Positions 43,758 through 56,850 of a stretch of DNA of 64,000 nucleotides are shown in pieces. A model generated the notes under the pieces. It did no database searches, was not told where the DNA came from, and saw only the letters and a list, made by a program, of their open reading frames with translations. Source of the DNA: Octopus vulgaris (Eukaryota); contig OX597831.1 of NCBI GenBank assembly GCA_951406725.2, forward strand, positions 70,804,001 to 70,868,000. Reading direction: 5' to 3'. The position numbers and the translations under genes were made by a program. Numbering within the stretch: the stretch's first letter is position 1; the number at the start of each line of letters is the position of its first letter.

Positions 43758-44075
43758 CAGGGGTCTCCTACAGAGCACTCAGCTGTAATTTGTGAGGTGA
43801 AGGGTTCAATTCCCCGTAGAGGCTTCCTGATTTCCTTTTCATCTTCTAAAGGGTATTTATCCAGTTTTGTAAGCTCTCTTCAAACCCTTCCTGCATTTGT
43901 GAATTCATATATTTTCAGTAGAATATATGTATACATGACTCATGGCTTAACTGAAGACCTTATATACCCACAGGTAAAACTTAGGAGTAGCAAGCAATTG
44001 ACTCAAACAAAATAGAATATATCATTAATCTCAATTTTGGTACAGAGTACTCATTTTTGTTTGTCAGTCAACACT
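43758..44075 (+). mobile_element. Decayed tRNA-headed element with degenerate hammerhead at 43945-43995
   Basis: B box GGTTCAATTCCC near 43803, then gcttaa-CTGAAGA-cct..agg-t-AAAA-cttaggag-TA-gcaagc. The element ends at a (TA)n tract. Confidence 0.55.
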
Positions 44076-44080
44076 AAGCA

Positions 44081-44115
<35 letters not shown>

Positions 44116-44120
44116 TTATA

Positions 44121-44180
<60 letters not shown>

Positions 44181-44199
44181 TTATATATATATATTTATA

Positions 44200-44257
<58 letters not shown>

Positions 44258-44378
44258 TTATATATTTATATATTTATATTTATATATATATATATTTATA
44301 TATATATATTTTTATATATATTTATATATGTATTTATATTTATATATATACATACATATATATATATATTTATATATA

Positions 44379-44492
<114 letters not shown>

Positions 44493-44617
44493 GTATATAT
44501 ATGTATATATGAATTTGTCCATGCCAGCATGGAAAATAGATGTTAAATGATGAAATGAGGATGAAGATTATATCTATACATATACGTGTATGTATGTTTG
44601 TAAAAGTAAGGTGACAA

Positions 44618-44690
44618 ATGCCTTGAAGAGGGCCACCTAACTTTAGCAGTCTTATCAGAACTTATGGCTTGACAGAAACACCTATGGCAT
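44618..44690 (+). ncRNA. Degenerate hammerhead motif
   Basis: atgcc-TTGAAGA...GAAA-cacc-TA-tggcat, with stems II and III eroded. Confidence 0.4.
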
Positions 44691-44934
44691 CATGTATATA
44701 TAATGGATTAATGTGGTTATCTTGTAAGTTATGAGTGTCTTGAAACAGCTGCTGAGATATGACTTTATATAATTCTTCTGTCAAGTTTTGTTTTCATTTT
44801 TCTTTATTCTGTAGTCTGTAATATGTACTGTATGTATATATACATCCAAAGTCTACCAGTGTGTATTTGCCTTTCTGCCTACATACATACATGTGTGTAT
44901 GTGTGTGTCTGTGCGTGTGTGTGTGTTTGTGTGT

Positions 44935-44966
<32 letters not shown>

Positions 44967-45076
44967 TGGTGTGTAATCTGAGAAGTCATAGATGAGGCTT
45001 AAGAGTACAGTTTTGCACATTGCCCCTATCAAACTCAAGTGCTGTTATGTTAATCCAGTCAGACCTGTTTCTGTCA

Positions 45077-45127
<51 letters not shown>

Positions 45128-45171
45128 CATATATATATAATCAAAATAAGCAATAGGATATCAAATAGTGA

Positions 45172-45257
45172 TGCAGTACGGCCTTTTCAAGCACCCTCAT
45201 TTAATTGAACAATGCAATCATTACATCAATTTAAATGCAGTACCATCTTCAGCTGCA
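45172..45257 (-). ncRNA. Type I hammerhead ribozyme with long stem II
   Basis: The minus strand reads tgcag-CTGAAGA-tggtac..catttaaattga..tcaattaaatg..gtgctt-GAAA-aggccg-TA-ctgca. Confidence 0.75.
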
Positions 45258-45469
45258 CAAATAAATAAATAGAATTTTAACCAGTCAGACACATTAATAT
45301 AATTTTATATATATGGAATTAAGTGTATCAAGAAATCAAGCATTAAAACACTAAGAGAAATAAAACATAACACTACATCACATCTCAAAGCACTACCATT
45401 TATATCGACGCAAGACCCTAGAAACAAGGAGGCATACAACACTATTGTACAAAATTTATCTCTGTTCAC

Positions 45470-46451
45470 TTTGGATCCAAGCTCTTCAATCTTCTGTGTT
45501 GTAATCTTTGCAGTGTGGGGTCACGCATTGTCCTGATGAAACATCACTCATTTCCGATTCACTAAAGTGGGTCTTTTTTTCTTTCAAAGCTTGGTTCAAA
45601 CGCTCTAATTGCTGACAGTAGACTTGAGCATTGATTGTTGCATTTGCTGGTAACAAACCAAAGTGAATTACTCCTTTGCAATCCCACCAGATAGAGAGAA
45701 GAACCGTTTTCCTCTGAAGTTCCCTTCTCAGTTGTGGTTGAGCTTTTTCCCTTTTACCAAGCCACTGTTTATAACGTTTAACATTTCGATAGAAGATCTA
45801 TTTTCCATCATCAGTCACAAGTCTATCCAAAAAGGATAAAATGAGTTCATGAGAATGGAGAGAAGAGCAGATGTCAATCTGGGATTTGCAGTTGCTTTCG
45901 GAGAATTCACGAGGCACCCATTTTCCAAGTTTAGGAACCTATCCAAATTGTTGAAGATGACGATAAACAATTGTATGGTTTGAACTAAGCCTTATTGTCA
46001 ATTCTTCAGCTGATAATGCAGAATTTTTCTTCAAGTAATGCTTCAAGGAGCTTATTGTCAAACTCAACCTGACATTCTGTTCAATCTTCATCTTCAAGGC
46101 TGAAATCTCCACTTCTGAATTTTGCAAACCATCTTCTGCAAGTTCTTTCATTCAAGCATTCTTTCCCATAAACAGAATGTATGTTTCGAGTCGCTTCCAC
46201 TGCAGAGTTTCCTTTTTTGTACTCATAAAGAATTATGTGCCTCAAATGCTCTTTGGATACTTCCATGTCAGAAAGGGTTTTAATCAAAGAAATTTTAATT
46301 CTAATATTCTAGAAAATTATATTTAATTAGTTTAAATATACACAAATGCATGAAAATAATTTTTAATTCTATTAGACATTGTAAAATACTATTAAATTTC
46401 ATTCAATTTTAAAAAAGGTAAAATCAGACAGAACTTATGGATGACCTGATA
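45470..46451 (-). mobile_element. mariner transposon, 3'-truncated transposase pseudogene with one TIR
   Basis: HTH region HLRHIILYEYKKG..RRWFAKFRSGDFSLED, then GKWVPRE, LVTDDGK, LLSIWWDCKGVIHF, YCQQLERL and FHQDNA*PH. The TIR lies near 46425-46451. Confidence 0.9.
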
Positions 46452-46466
46452 TGTGTATATATATAT

Positions 46467-46511
<45 letters not shown>

Positions 46512-46767
46512 ATAGTAATGCAATATGAAAGTATTGCTTTCCAGTAAAAGATAGCCCGTAAGGGTAAAATTATACATATAAAAGTAAATAAATGGTACAA
46601 CGAAGTACCAATATTTACTGGAAAATAGTGATCATAATAAATATGACGCTATTGTATAGCTTCACTGCGTATATACTAGCAAAGACACGTGTGTGCAACA
46701 AACATAAAAAAAATTTGTCTTACCTCTAGGAAGAACATCTGAAAAATGAAAAACCTAGAAACGGATA

Positions 46768-46838
46768 ATGCAGGACCGGTTTCAGACTCTTCAAATACGT
46801 TTGACAACGTAGATTTGATTTGTCTTCATCAGCTGCAT
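46768..46838 (-). ncRNA. Type I hammerhead ribozyme, canonical core
   Basis: The minus strand reads atgcag-CTGATGA-agac(..tcaaat.tacgtt gtca aacgta tttga..)gtct-GAAA-ccgg-TC-ctgcat, with a GUC triplet and palindromic stem III. Confidence 0.9.
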
Positions 46839-47248
46839 ATACTTGGACAAAATTTCAAATGTTGCCACATCTATGCCAGTACACTCATCTGAACACCAAA
46901 ACGTTAACAGAACGAGAACAGTGAAGAAGTTTCTTACTTTTATATATATATATATGTGTGTTTCTGTATCTGTGTTTGTCCCCCCCCCCCCCACCATCAC
47001 TTGACAACCAATGTTGGTGTGTTTATGTAACCATAACTTAGCAGTTCAGCAAAAGAGAATGATAGGTTTACAAAGAATAAGTCCTGGAGTCGATTTGTTC
47101 AGCATGGCCGCAGTCAAATGACTAAAACAAGTAAAAGAATAAATGAATAAAAGAATGTATGTATGTGTATGCATATATATATATGTGTGTGTGTGTGTGT
47201 GTATGTGTATATGTGTGTATATATATATGTGTGTATATATATATGTGC

Positions 47249-47284
<36 letters not shown>

Positions 47285-47528
47285 ATGTATATATATATAT
47301 ATTATGTATATATATAGATAGATATCTCTCATTCTCTCTCTCTCCCTATCTCTCTCTCTCTCTCTCTACATATATGCTTACATATAGACAAACACACACA
47401 CATGTATGTATGTATGTGCATACATACAATAAGTATGCTATTTTCAGGTTAATACCTAGGAGATATAATTATTTTTATTCTCCAATTTATTTTTCTTTCC
47501 TTATAGATCTATCATCATTAATTCTATC

Positions 47529-47560
<32 letters not shown>

Positions 47561-48074
47561 CACCATCGTCGTCGTTGTAGTATCATTGCCAACATTCTAT
47601 CACAATTGCCATCTCCAGCATCACCATCATCATCATCCTCAACATTATTGTTTTCAGTATCATAAACAATATCTTATGACAAAATCATCATCAAAACATA
47701 AACCTCAATACCATACTTTCAACAATGCGTTCCACTACACACACACACATGATAGAATAAAGCTGACATTTCTAATAGCCCTTTTATCCAAGCTGCTTTA
47801 TTTTATGGATCTGTTGCTTAGTAATGTGTAAATTGCCAAAATATTATGAAGCCTCCACTCTTTATCTTTAACAGAGCCTCACACACTTATCTCTACCATT
47901 ACTACTACTACTACCACTATTATTGTTATCTCTTCCTCCTCTTCCACCACCACCACAACTGCCACACCACAGTCATCTCCTTCAAGGAGTGGGGATACAC
48001 GATGCCAGAGAGAAATACAAACATTACAGAGAGAAAGAGAAATTCATATGCATGTTATGTGTGTGTGTATGTAT

Positions 48075-48460
48075 CTTTTACTTGTTTCAGTTATTAGACC
48101 GCAATCATTCTGGAGCACCATCTTGGGGAGCTTTTACATGAAGGAATCAACCCCGGTACTTAATACTTTTTTGTAAAGCCTGGTGCTTACTCTATCGATT
48201 TGTTTTGCCGAATCACTAAGTTACAGGGACATAAACACACCAACACCTCTTGTCAAGCAGTGAAGGGGGACAGATACAGACAAAAAGACACATGCAAGCA
48301 CGCACACACACACAAGCACACATACAATAGGCTTCTTTCAGTTTCCATCTAGCAAATCCATTCACAAAGTTATAATAGAAGACACTTGCCAAAGGTTGCC
48401 ACACAGCAGGACTGAACCTGGAACTATGCAGTTGGAAAGCTAACATCTTATCACACACAC
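48075..48460 (-). mobile_element. SINE family A, diverged
   Basis: Reverse-complement match to family A. Confidence 0.7.
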
Positions 48461-49434
48461 TTAGTATTTGGCAGATGGAAACTGTTCAGAAACTTATCGT
48501 GTATGTATGTGTGAGAGAGTAAATATATACATTTTACTCACACACAAACACACACACACACACACATTCAGCAAAGCTTTAGTCTACTTCATTCCACTCT
48601 TAGATATTTATCAATGCACGTGTGCATGCCCACACAGACACACATACATATACATACACGTGCATATTGCTAGATGAACAGATGGATTATTAAATATTAA
48701 AAGAGTTGGTGACTTATTTTTTATTCTTATTTGATCTAAAGAACTGTTTCCTAAGCTACCTGTATTTCTTTACCATCATCACTCCAGCAATATTTTCTGT
48801 TAATTAATATATCTATAGATTACAGGAAGAAACAGCATTTTGTCTAATGAAAAATTGCTTTGGGAAAGAAAAAAAAGTAATGAGAGCAATGGAAATAATT
48901 ATTGTAAGAAGTAAAAAAAGTATTCGCTCCAGGAATATTGTCAAAGAATCAAGATTCTCTTGAGGAGATTAATTTCTAGATTAAGGAATATTGTATGTGA
49001 ATGCATGTTTAGAAATGGTGAAATTAGAACATGACTGGAGGCATTGTGTGTTAGTGTAATTTGGCATATTTACAAATATCTTCCTTTGCAAACATAAAGA
49101 GAGAGTGGCTTCAGTTTATATCTATATATTTGCTTCATTTTTATGTATCTCGATGTTATTCTTTGTATCAAATCTTGGTGTGGTACAAAAATAACAATAG
49201 TGATATTCATTGCTCCAAATTCTCTAAAAATTATAAATACCAGTAGAAAGCACCCACTATGCTCTCAGAGTGGTTAGCATTAGGAAGGGCATCCAACTGT
49301 AAAAACCTTGCCAGATCAGATTGGAGCCTGGTGCAGCCAACTGGCTTGCTAGTCCCTAGTCAAACCATCCAACCCATGCCAGCATTGAAAACGGATGATG
49401 ATGATGATATATGTATATGTATGTGTGTATAAAT

Positions 49435-49466
<32 letters not shown>

Positions 49467-49777
49467 TACGATTGGCTTCTCTCAGTTTATCTACCAGATC
49501 CACTCACAGGGCTTTGGTCAGCCTGTGGCTATAATAGAAGACACTTGCCCAAGGTGCCAGGCTGTGGGACTGAACCCAGACTCATGTGGTTGGGAAGCAA
49601 GCTTTTTACCATGTGGCCACACCTGTGCCTAACATAATATCTTTTAAAAATTTTCTTTGTATTTGAAAAATATTTATAGTACAAGGTTTTAATGAGTAAT
49701 AAGTGATGTGGAGGAATATTTTGAATGTGAGAGAACATGCCTGGGAATTGGTTTTTGTTAAATGCTAAATATATATA

Positions 49778-50070
49778 GGCACAGGTGTGACTGTGTGGTA
49801 AAAAGCTTGCTTCCCAACCACATTGTTCCAGGTTCAGTCCCAGTACATAGCACCTTGGGCAAGTGTCTTCTGCTATCGCCTCAGGCTAAAGCCTTGTGAG
49901 TGGATTTGGTAGGCGGAAACTAAAAGAAGCCTGTCATATATATATATATATATATATATTTCGAGACACATGTTAATTGTGATAAATTATAATGGTAATT
50001 GACAATTTGTCTATTTTCGCCATATTTGGCATTAGAATTTTTTTCTTTTGCCCTTATTTTATAAGTCAAT

Positions 50071-50118
<48 letters not shown>

Positions 50119-50370
50119 TGTATGTATGTATGTATGTATATGTATGTATATATGTATATATGCATATGTCTGTGTTTGTCCCCCCACCATCACTTGACAA
50201 CCGATGGTGGTGTGTTTACATTGCTGTAACCTAGCAGTTTGGCAAAAGAGACCGATAGAATAAGTACTAGGCTTACAAAGGATAAGTCCTGGGGTCGATT
50301 TGTTCAAATAAAGGCAGTGCTCCAGCATGGCTGCACTCAAATGACTGAAACAAATAAAAGAATAAAAAAA
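49778..50370 (+). mobile_element. SINE family A with an ~110-bp insert in its internal (TA)n
   Basis: The head and tail match family A, with extra sequence at 49960-50070. Confidence 0.8.
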
Positions 50371-50769
50371 TAGTGGCAGCCACTGTGGTGGTGGGGATGA
50401 TGGAATCTCTGCAATATTGGTAAATCTAAATGCTGATCGTGGAGTATTTGTGGTGATCTTCTTTTATCATTTACTTGTTTCAGTCATTTGAGTGTGGACA
50501 TGCTGGAGCACAATCTTGAAAGGTTTTGTCAAAGCAATTACCATCAGAACCTATTTTTAAGCCTCTCCATCAGTCTTTTCTGTTAAAGTGCTAAGGTACA
50601 CGGATGTAAACAAACCAACACTGGTTGTCAGGTGGTAGTTAGCAACAAACATAATGACACACACACACACATGCATACATACATGCACCCATCAATGCAT
50701 AGATATATACATGCACCCATCAATGCATAGATATGTGCATGCATACATACATACATATTTATATACATA

Positions 50770-51070
50770 CATATGACAATGATGGTAATGGTGGTGGTGG
50801 TCGTCGTGGTGCTCGTGGTGTGGTCGTGGTGACAGTGGTGGTGGTGGTGGTGACAGTGTTGACAGTGGTGGTGGTGGTGGTGGTGGTGGTGGTGGTGGTG
50901 GTGGTGGTGGTGGTGGTGGTCGTGGTGATAGTGGTGGTGGTGCTGGTGGTAGTGGTGGTGCTGGTGGTGGTGACGGTGGTGGTGGTCGTCGTGGTGGTCG
51001 TGGTGACAGTGGTGGTGGTGGTGGTGACAGTGTTGACAGTGGTGGTGGTGGTGGTGGTGGTGGTAGTGGA
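50770..51070. repeat. (GGT)n microsatellite
   Basis: Seen directly. Confidence 0.9.
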
Positions 51071-51663
51071 TGGCTCTTCTGAAGTATTAATTCAGTGGAA
51101 CTGATTGTTATACTATTGACAAGAAAAAGTATTTGTGAAAACACTTGATCTAATAGGGTTTTTAATTACTTCTTACTGCGTTGCTTTTTACAATGACAAG
51201 TATCATGAGTGTTAGATCAAATATTCACCTTAATGTCTATCAAGTAATTGAGTGTTAACAGTCCTTGTGCAGCATTAGTGAAAGGAAACACTCTGGAAAC
51301 CTTGTACCATTAAATTATATATATTTACTTGGTGACAACAGTTATTGTTGGTCTACTTGAGTAAAACTATTTTAAGTTAGTGAAAAATTTAAGATTCATA
51401 AAGGTAGCCTATATTTGGGACTTCTTGGAAAAATGTATATAAAAAAGGTCACCAGTGAATACAAGAGTGTGATGTCTGTTTTGAAACAACTTTGTAGATA
51501 CTGGTATATCATTTTTTGCAATGATTATCACTTTTCTAACACTTAAGATTTGAAAAATGTGACCTGGTTTTAAACCGATAATGATATTTTTGTAGATTTG
51601 ATATCAATATTGAGTAGAGCTCCTTTGATATTCAAAGTTCTCATTTTGCTGCCAATCTCCTTA

Positions 51664-52175
51664 TCTATATATATAAAACTCTAGTTGTGTGAGTGTCTGT
51701 CCCCTTCGATTTAGATTCCTAACTCCTCCAACATTTTGCGGTGCAGTTTAACCAAATTCGGGTATCTTATAGTCATGATTCATATCGAGCCCGTCTGACT
51801 ATTAGCGTGCATCAACGATGAGTCTACGATTTTAAAAATAATTTAACATCATTTTTTATTCCATTTTAATGCATAAAATGCATCGTGTGTCGATGGCAGC
51901 AGAGTTGGCGTCCACGCTCACAGCTGCACCTGTTTGCTTCTCCCCCTTCCCTCCCTCGTGAAGCTGTGGGGAAGGGAGTGTAAAGAAATCAACGTCGTAA
52001 TGCGTTGTGAAGGAGACCAGCGTTCTTTTAGAACAACGACTTCATGGCTCGAAGACACCAAAACAAAAATGGCTAAGAAAGCCCGAATTGGCATCTATAA
52101 GGGAAGTAACTCTCTAAAAATGCTTATATAGTTATTTCCCTTACAAACCCAAGCAACGCCGGGCGATACTACTAG
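51664..52175 (+). mobile_element. Non-autonomous Helitron
   Basis: A^TCTATATATATAAAA start and GCAACGCCGGGCGATACTACTAG^T end. Confidence 0.9.
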
Positions 52176-52328
52176 TTTATTATATTTCTGTAAATATTCT
52201 ACAATATTTAGAAGGCAATATTGTATGATATTATATTATATATATTTTTTTTATACAATATATACAATATATACATTATATATATACAATATATACATTA
52301 TATATATATACATTATATAAACATTATA

Positions 52329-52373
<45 letters not shown>

Positions 52374-52689
52374 CACTCCTCCTCATCTCTCTCACAGCCG
52401 GGTCGACGAACTTCCTTTCGCTGGCGGCCTCCTTCAAGTAAACATGTTTCTTCCTGCGCTCGTGAATTTTTTTCCTCGTCTAGGCTTATAGGCCCTCATT
52501 GTTTGTTTTCCTGTTCTGTTTTTATTCCTTCTTGTACTGTATTTTTTTGTAATTGTATTTTTATTTTGTAATTCTTTTTAATTGTATTGTTTTTACGTCC
52601 TGTTTTTGTCACTATTTTTTTCCTTGTTTTTACCCCTCTGCAAAGGAATTTTATTTAATTCTTCCGCAGGAAGGATTAGTTTGACAAGT

Positions 52690-52750
52690 TGTGTTCTGTC
52701 CTAACCTTCGAAACACACTGGAGTTGAACTAGGGACAGCTGATGAAGGGG
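52690..52750 (+). ncRNA. Candidate strand-permuted (pseudoknotted) hammerhead within a ~670-bp element (52370-53043) bounded by (TA)n
   Basis: tgtgT-T-ctgtcct, then cttc-GAAA-caca, then gggacag-CTGATGA-a-gggg. All three stems pair in register. Confidence 0.55.
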
Positions 52751-54479
52751 ATTTTTCGTTGTGTGTTTGTCTTGTACTCTGTTTTTACGTTGTTAAAAAA
52801 AAGGTCTGTTCCATGCTTGTTTTTATGTTTTCGTTTCTCGTTGAGTTCTACGTCTATTTGTGGTGTCCTGTACTCACGTATATATATTTATATATGCATG
52901 TATATATACATGTAGATGTAAGTACGTACATATATGTTTGTATGTATGCATATATTTTATTTATTACACTATTGTATGACTGAGCGCCTTCGCGTCGATT
53001 CGATTCGTTTCGTTTCGTTTCGTCTTCTTCTCTAAGCTGGTTTATATATATATATATATATACAATATATACAATATATATATATACAATATATATACAG
53101 TATATATACAATATATATACAATATATGCAATATATATACAATATATACATTATATTATGTATATATACAATATATACATTATATATGCATTATACAATA
53201 TATATAATATATACATTATATTATGTATATATACAATATATACATTATGTATACAATATATACAATATATATATTTTTGCACAATATTTTAGCTCTAATG
53301 TGCAATACTTTGACTCTCATATTGTGTAATGACACTCATATAGTGTGACATTTCATCAGGGTATGATATTTCAACAATGCAATTTTTTTTAAAATCCTGT
53401 GCAATATTTCACCAATGTCCTAAATTATCTTAACTAAAACAGTATGTAACACACATAATAGAATTAATTCAATATGAATCTTACTCTAAAATAACTTTAG
53501 GCTGAAGCGATATGCAAGGTTCTCTCTTGGTTTCAACAATGAGGATCCAGTTGCTTTGTCACCTTAATTACCTACTCATTGAATTCACATGTAAGTGGCT
53601 GAGGATTCCACAAACTCTTAAAAAACGCTTTTGGCAGATTCAATGTGGCACTGCCTGTGACAAGGCTGCACCTTTGAATTACATGTATGATCCATTCAAA
53701 AATTTCTATACAATACCTGTCGACTCATTTTCACTCATATCTATATGTAATAGGGTGTATTAATTCAATAGGGTTTTTAATTACTTCTTATGTGTGTTGC
53801 TTTTTACAATGACAAGTATCATGATTCTTAGATCAAATATTCACCTTAATGTCTATCGAACAATATTTGCCCAGAATACTATACTATGCTGTAGAATTGA
53901 ATCTGGAACTTAGACAAATGTCTTAAACATCTAACATAACGAACCTGGATAGTTTGATTAATAATGTCTGAATAAAATACCAGCAACAACCAAGACATTA
54001 TGGTTTTGATACTCTAGAGGGCTGCACTTTTGAGAGGAAGAATTCATTGAAGTGCTTAGAGCAATGTCTGCTGTGTAAAACACAGTTTATAAATGAAGTA
54101 GAAAGAAGGGTGCATCAGGTGAATTGGGGTTGACATTGTGTAATGCTTGGTTTAGAAAGAAGGATGGATCATATCATTTATGTTGGAATGTATGTTGCTA
54201 GAAGTGATAAATGAGAATTTCTGTATTTACAAAGAAAAGAGTCTAGTAAACATAGCTGAACCTTGGAAACACTAGCATTTATAGAATGGGAATAAATGAT
54301 TGAGTGAATCCTGACAGTGCATTGCCAAGCTAAAATTCTAAAGCTGAGTGGACCTCTTAAGTGGGCAATTTTGTTTGGAGATTCTCATACCAAACAGGAT
54401 CAAAAGCTTTGCTGATGTTCAGGGCAATGATATCAGGCAACAGACCACTGGTCTACTAAGTCATCTAATTGGGTCTGCT

Positions 54480-56050
54480 CAGATCGTCTTGATTTGATTA
54501 TTACACTATTCATATCAATTCTGCATCACATTTCGTTTGCTAGCTGAGTAAGGTATGTCTATATAAAGCTGATCAATAAAGTTTTTTGCTACATGGCCAA
54601 TCCAAGCATACATGTTGAGGTATCCATAAGAGTGGGCCACTAATGAGTTCTTTGTTAGCTCTCTCCTTAATAACATAAGTGATTGCAAGAAGGTTATTGT
54701 ACCGTTTTTGCTTGGTTAAATGCTTTTTCCAGGAGATATTCTGGGCGGTTAGTTGCATGCTGGTCTAAGAACCACCAATTCTTTCTCCTGACATCTGGTA
54801 AGTGTCAAAAAAGTTGAACCATACAATAGTAATGATTCCAAACTGTCCAAGCTTGTGAGACAAATTTTTATATCCTTTTCTGTAGATGCAGTTTTGCTCT
54901 GCAAGTATATGAAGGAATCGGCATATTTTAGAGAGCTTTTATTCAATCGTGCTTATTGAGCATTTTTAATAGAAGTTCATGGCTTCAGCCTTTGAGGTGC
55001 TGACAAAACACCAATACCTATTTCTTTACTACCCACAAGGGGCTACACGCAGGGGACAAACAAGGACAGACGCACGGATTAAGTCGATTAGATCGACCCC
55101 AGTGCGTAACTGGTACTTATTTAATCGACCCCGAAAGGATGAAAGGCAAAGTCGACCTCGGTGGAATTTGAACTCAGAACGTAACGGCAGACGAAATACG
55201 GCTATGCATTTCGCCCGGCGTGCTAACGTTTCTGCCACCAATACTGCTAACCAATTTCTCAAAGCTATGAAGAAGACCGATAGCTTCTGAGATAGTATCT
55301 GCAAGCAGAGACATATTGTGAGTATAATCTACATTAGTTATTGTGGTTACTGGGTATTGGTGTGAAGTGGATTTTGTCAGAATGAAACTGATTTTCCACT
55401 TTTGTCAGTAGGTATGTGAAGGATGTGACCAAGGTGATGATATAGAGAAATGCTTCTAGAGAATGGAGCATATGCATTAATGTTGAAGAAATAAGCGTTT
55501 CCATCGATTGAGTAAATTTTAGCTGTTGTATTCTAGATTATCATTACTATTGTGATTACTTCTTGTGGCATACGAATTTGCTCCATTTTGCTTCAATTTG
55601 AGTTGTTAAGTTTTGAGAAATCTACAATTTTAAGGTGAAAGTTTTTGAGAAGTTTACAAACAGTAAGACTGCCAATAGATTTTTCCCTCGATATTTTTCC
55701 TGTTTTTTAAGATCTGAACAATAGTATACCAATTTTTCCCAAATCTATTCTTGCCTTTTCACAAGAGCTTAGAGATTTAGTTTTATAGAACTTGAACTAG
55801 TAGCCAATGTGAAGAACATCTCAAAATGATGAAAGAAACGGTCATACAAAATTGTTGCTGTTACTATTCAGATGTTAGAAGCAAGTATGATAGATTGGTG
55901 GTTGGAAGGTTGCTCTTCTTCAACACATGAATACATCACTACAAGAAAGAAAAGTTAAAGAGCTGGATGAATGTAGTACACTGATTGATAATATTGGAAG
56001 CGTCACTAGCAGAAACATTTGTGGATGAGAGTCATTACCATCATCATATT
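54480..56050 (-). mobile_element. Decayed RTE-like LINE interrupted by a SINE
   Basis: FIYLQS..STEKDIKI..ESLLLYGS..TLT and NISWKKHLTK match the region after the RT. The upstream part is heavily eroded. Confidence 0.65.
55018..55236 (-). mobile_element. SINE family B with probable TSD CACCAATAC
   Basis: Reverse complement of 7017-7245, with a 9-bp direct repeat on both sides. Confidence 0.85.
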
Positions 56051-56812
56051 AATTTAATTTGGTTGTAGGATTTCTGTGTTTACTTTCGGTGTTACAATTG
56101 CAATATTAAATAGACAAAAACATTAAATAGATATTTGCAAATATCTTCATCGAAAACCGGTGATTACCGTACGTTGACAAGAGGCAAATACCTTGAAACT
56201 GCAGTCCGTGAGTATCACTTAGGTTTACGAGAGATGGATGACCTCCCTTTGCAAATACCATAAGGGCACAGATAGTGTGCCTAAAGCCAGCTGGAGACGA
56301 TGTTCTCCTGGGACCAAAAGCTACAGTAACACCCACCCTTAGTGGTTAGCCATATTGAGATGGCTAGTATACCTCACATTGTTGTGCAGTTACTGTTTAT
56401 ACCTCATTCAGAGATTTATTATTGCTTATTAATCACAATATTATTTTAGAGTAAATTTAATACACATTTAGAACTCCTTTATCTGTAGGTTCTTCGGTAT
56501 TTTACACGGATTTCCTTGTACACCTCTTACCTCATCAAAACCATCAAATAACTTATCTGGAAAATAGAAACCAATCTGACAGAAGGAATATTCTGACTAC
56601 ACACTGAAGCTGAATGATGTCTAGCTAGACTTTAAGGATAAATACATATTGTTATACATACAATTAGTATTTCATCAATGTCATTCAGTATATTATTGTG
56701 GGGTTATAAGTTCCTGATACATACACCCTATTACATACACATATACACCTACATACTTAGACACATACACACACCAATGTGTGTATGTGCATGTCATCAT
56801 TTCAGTGTAAAG

Positions 56813-56850
<38 letters not shown>

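Noticed and set aside
56106-56336. 76-aa ORF
   Set aside because: No recognisable motif. It is probably the 5' region of the adjacent decayed LINE.
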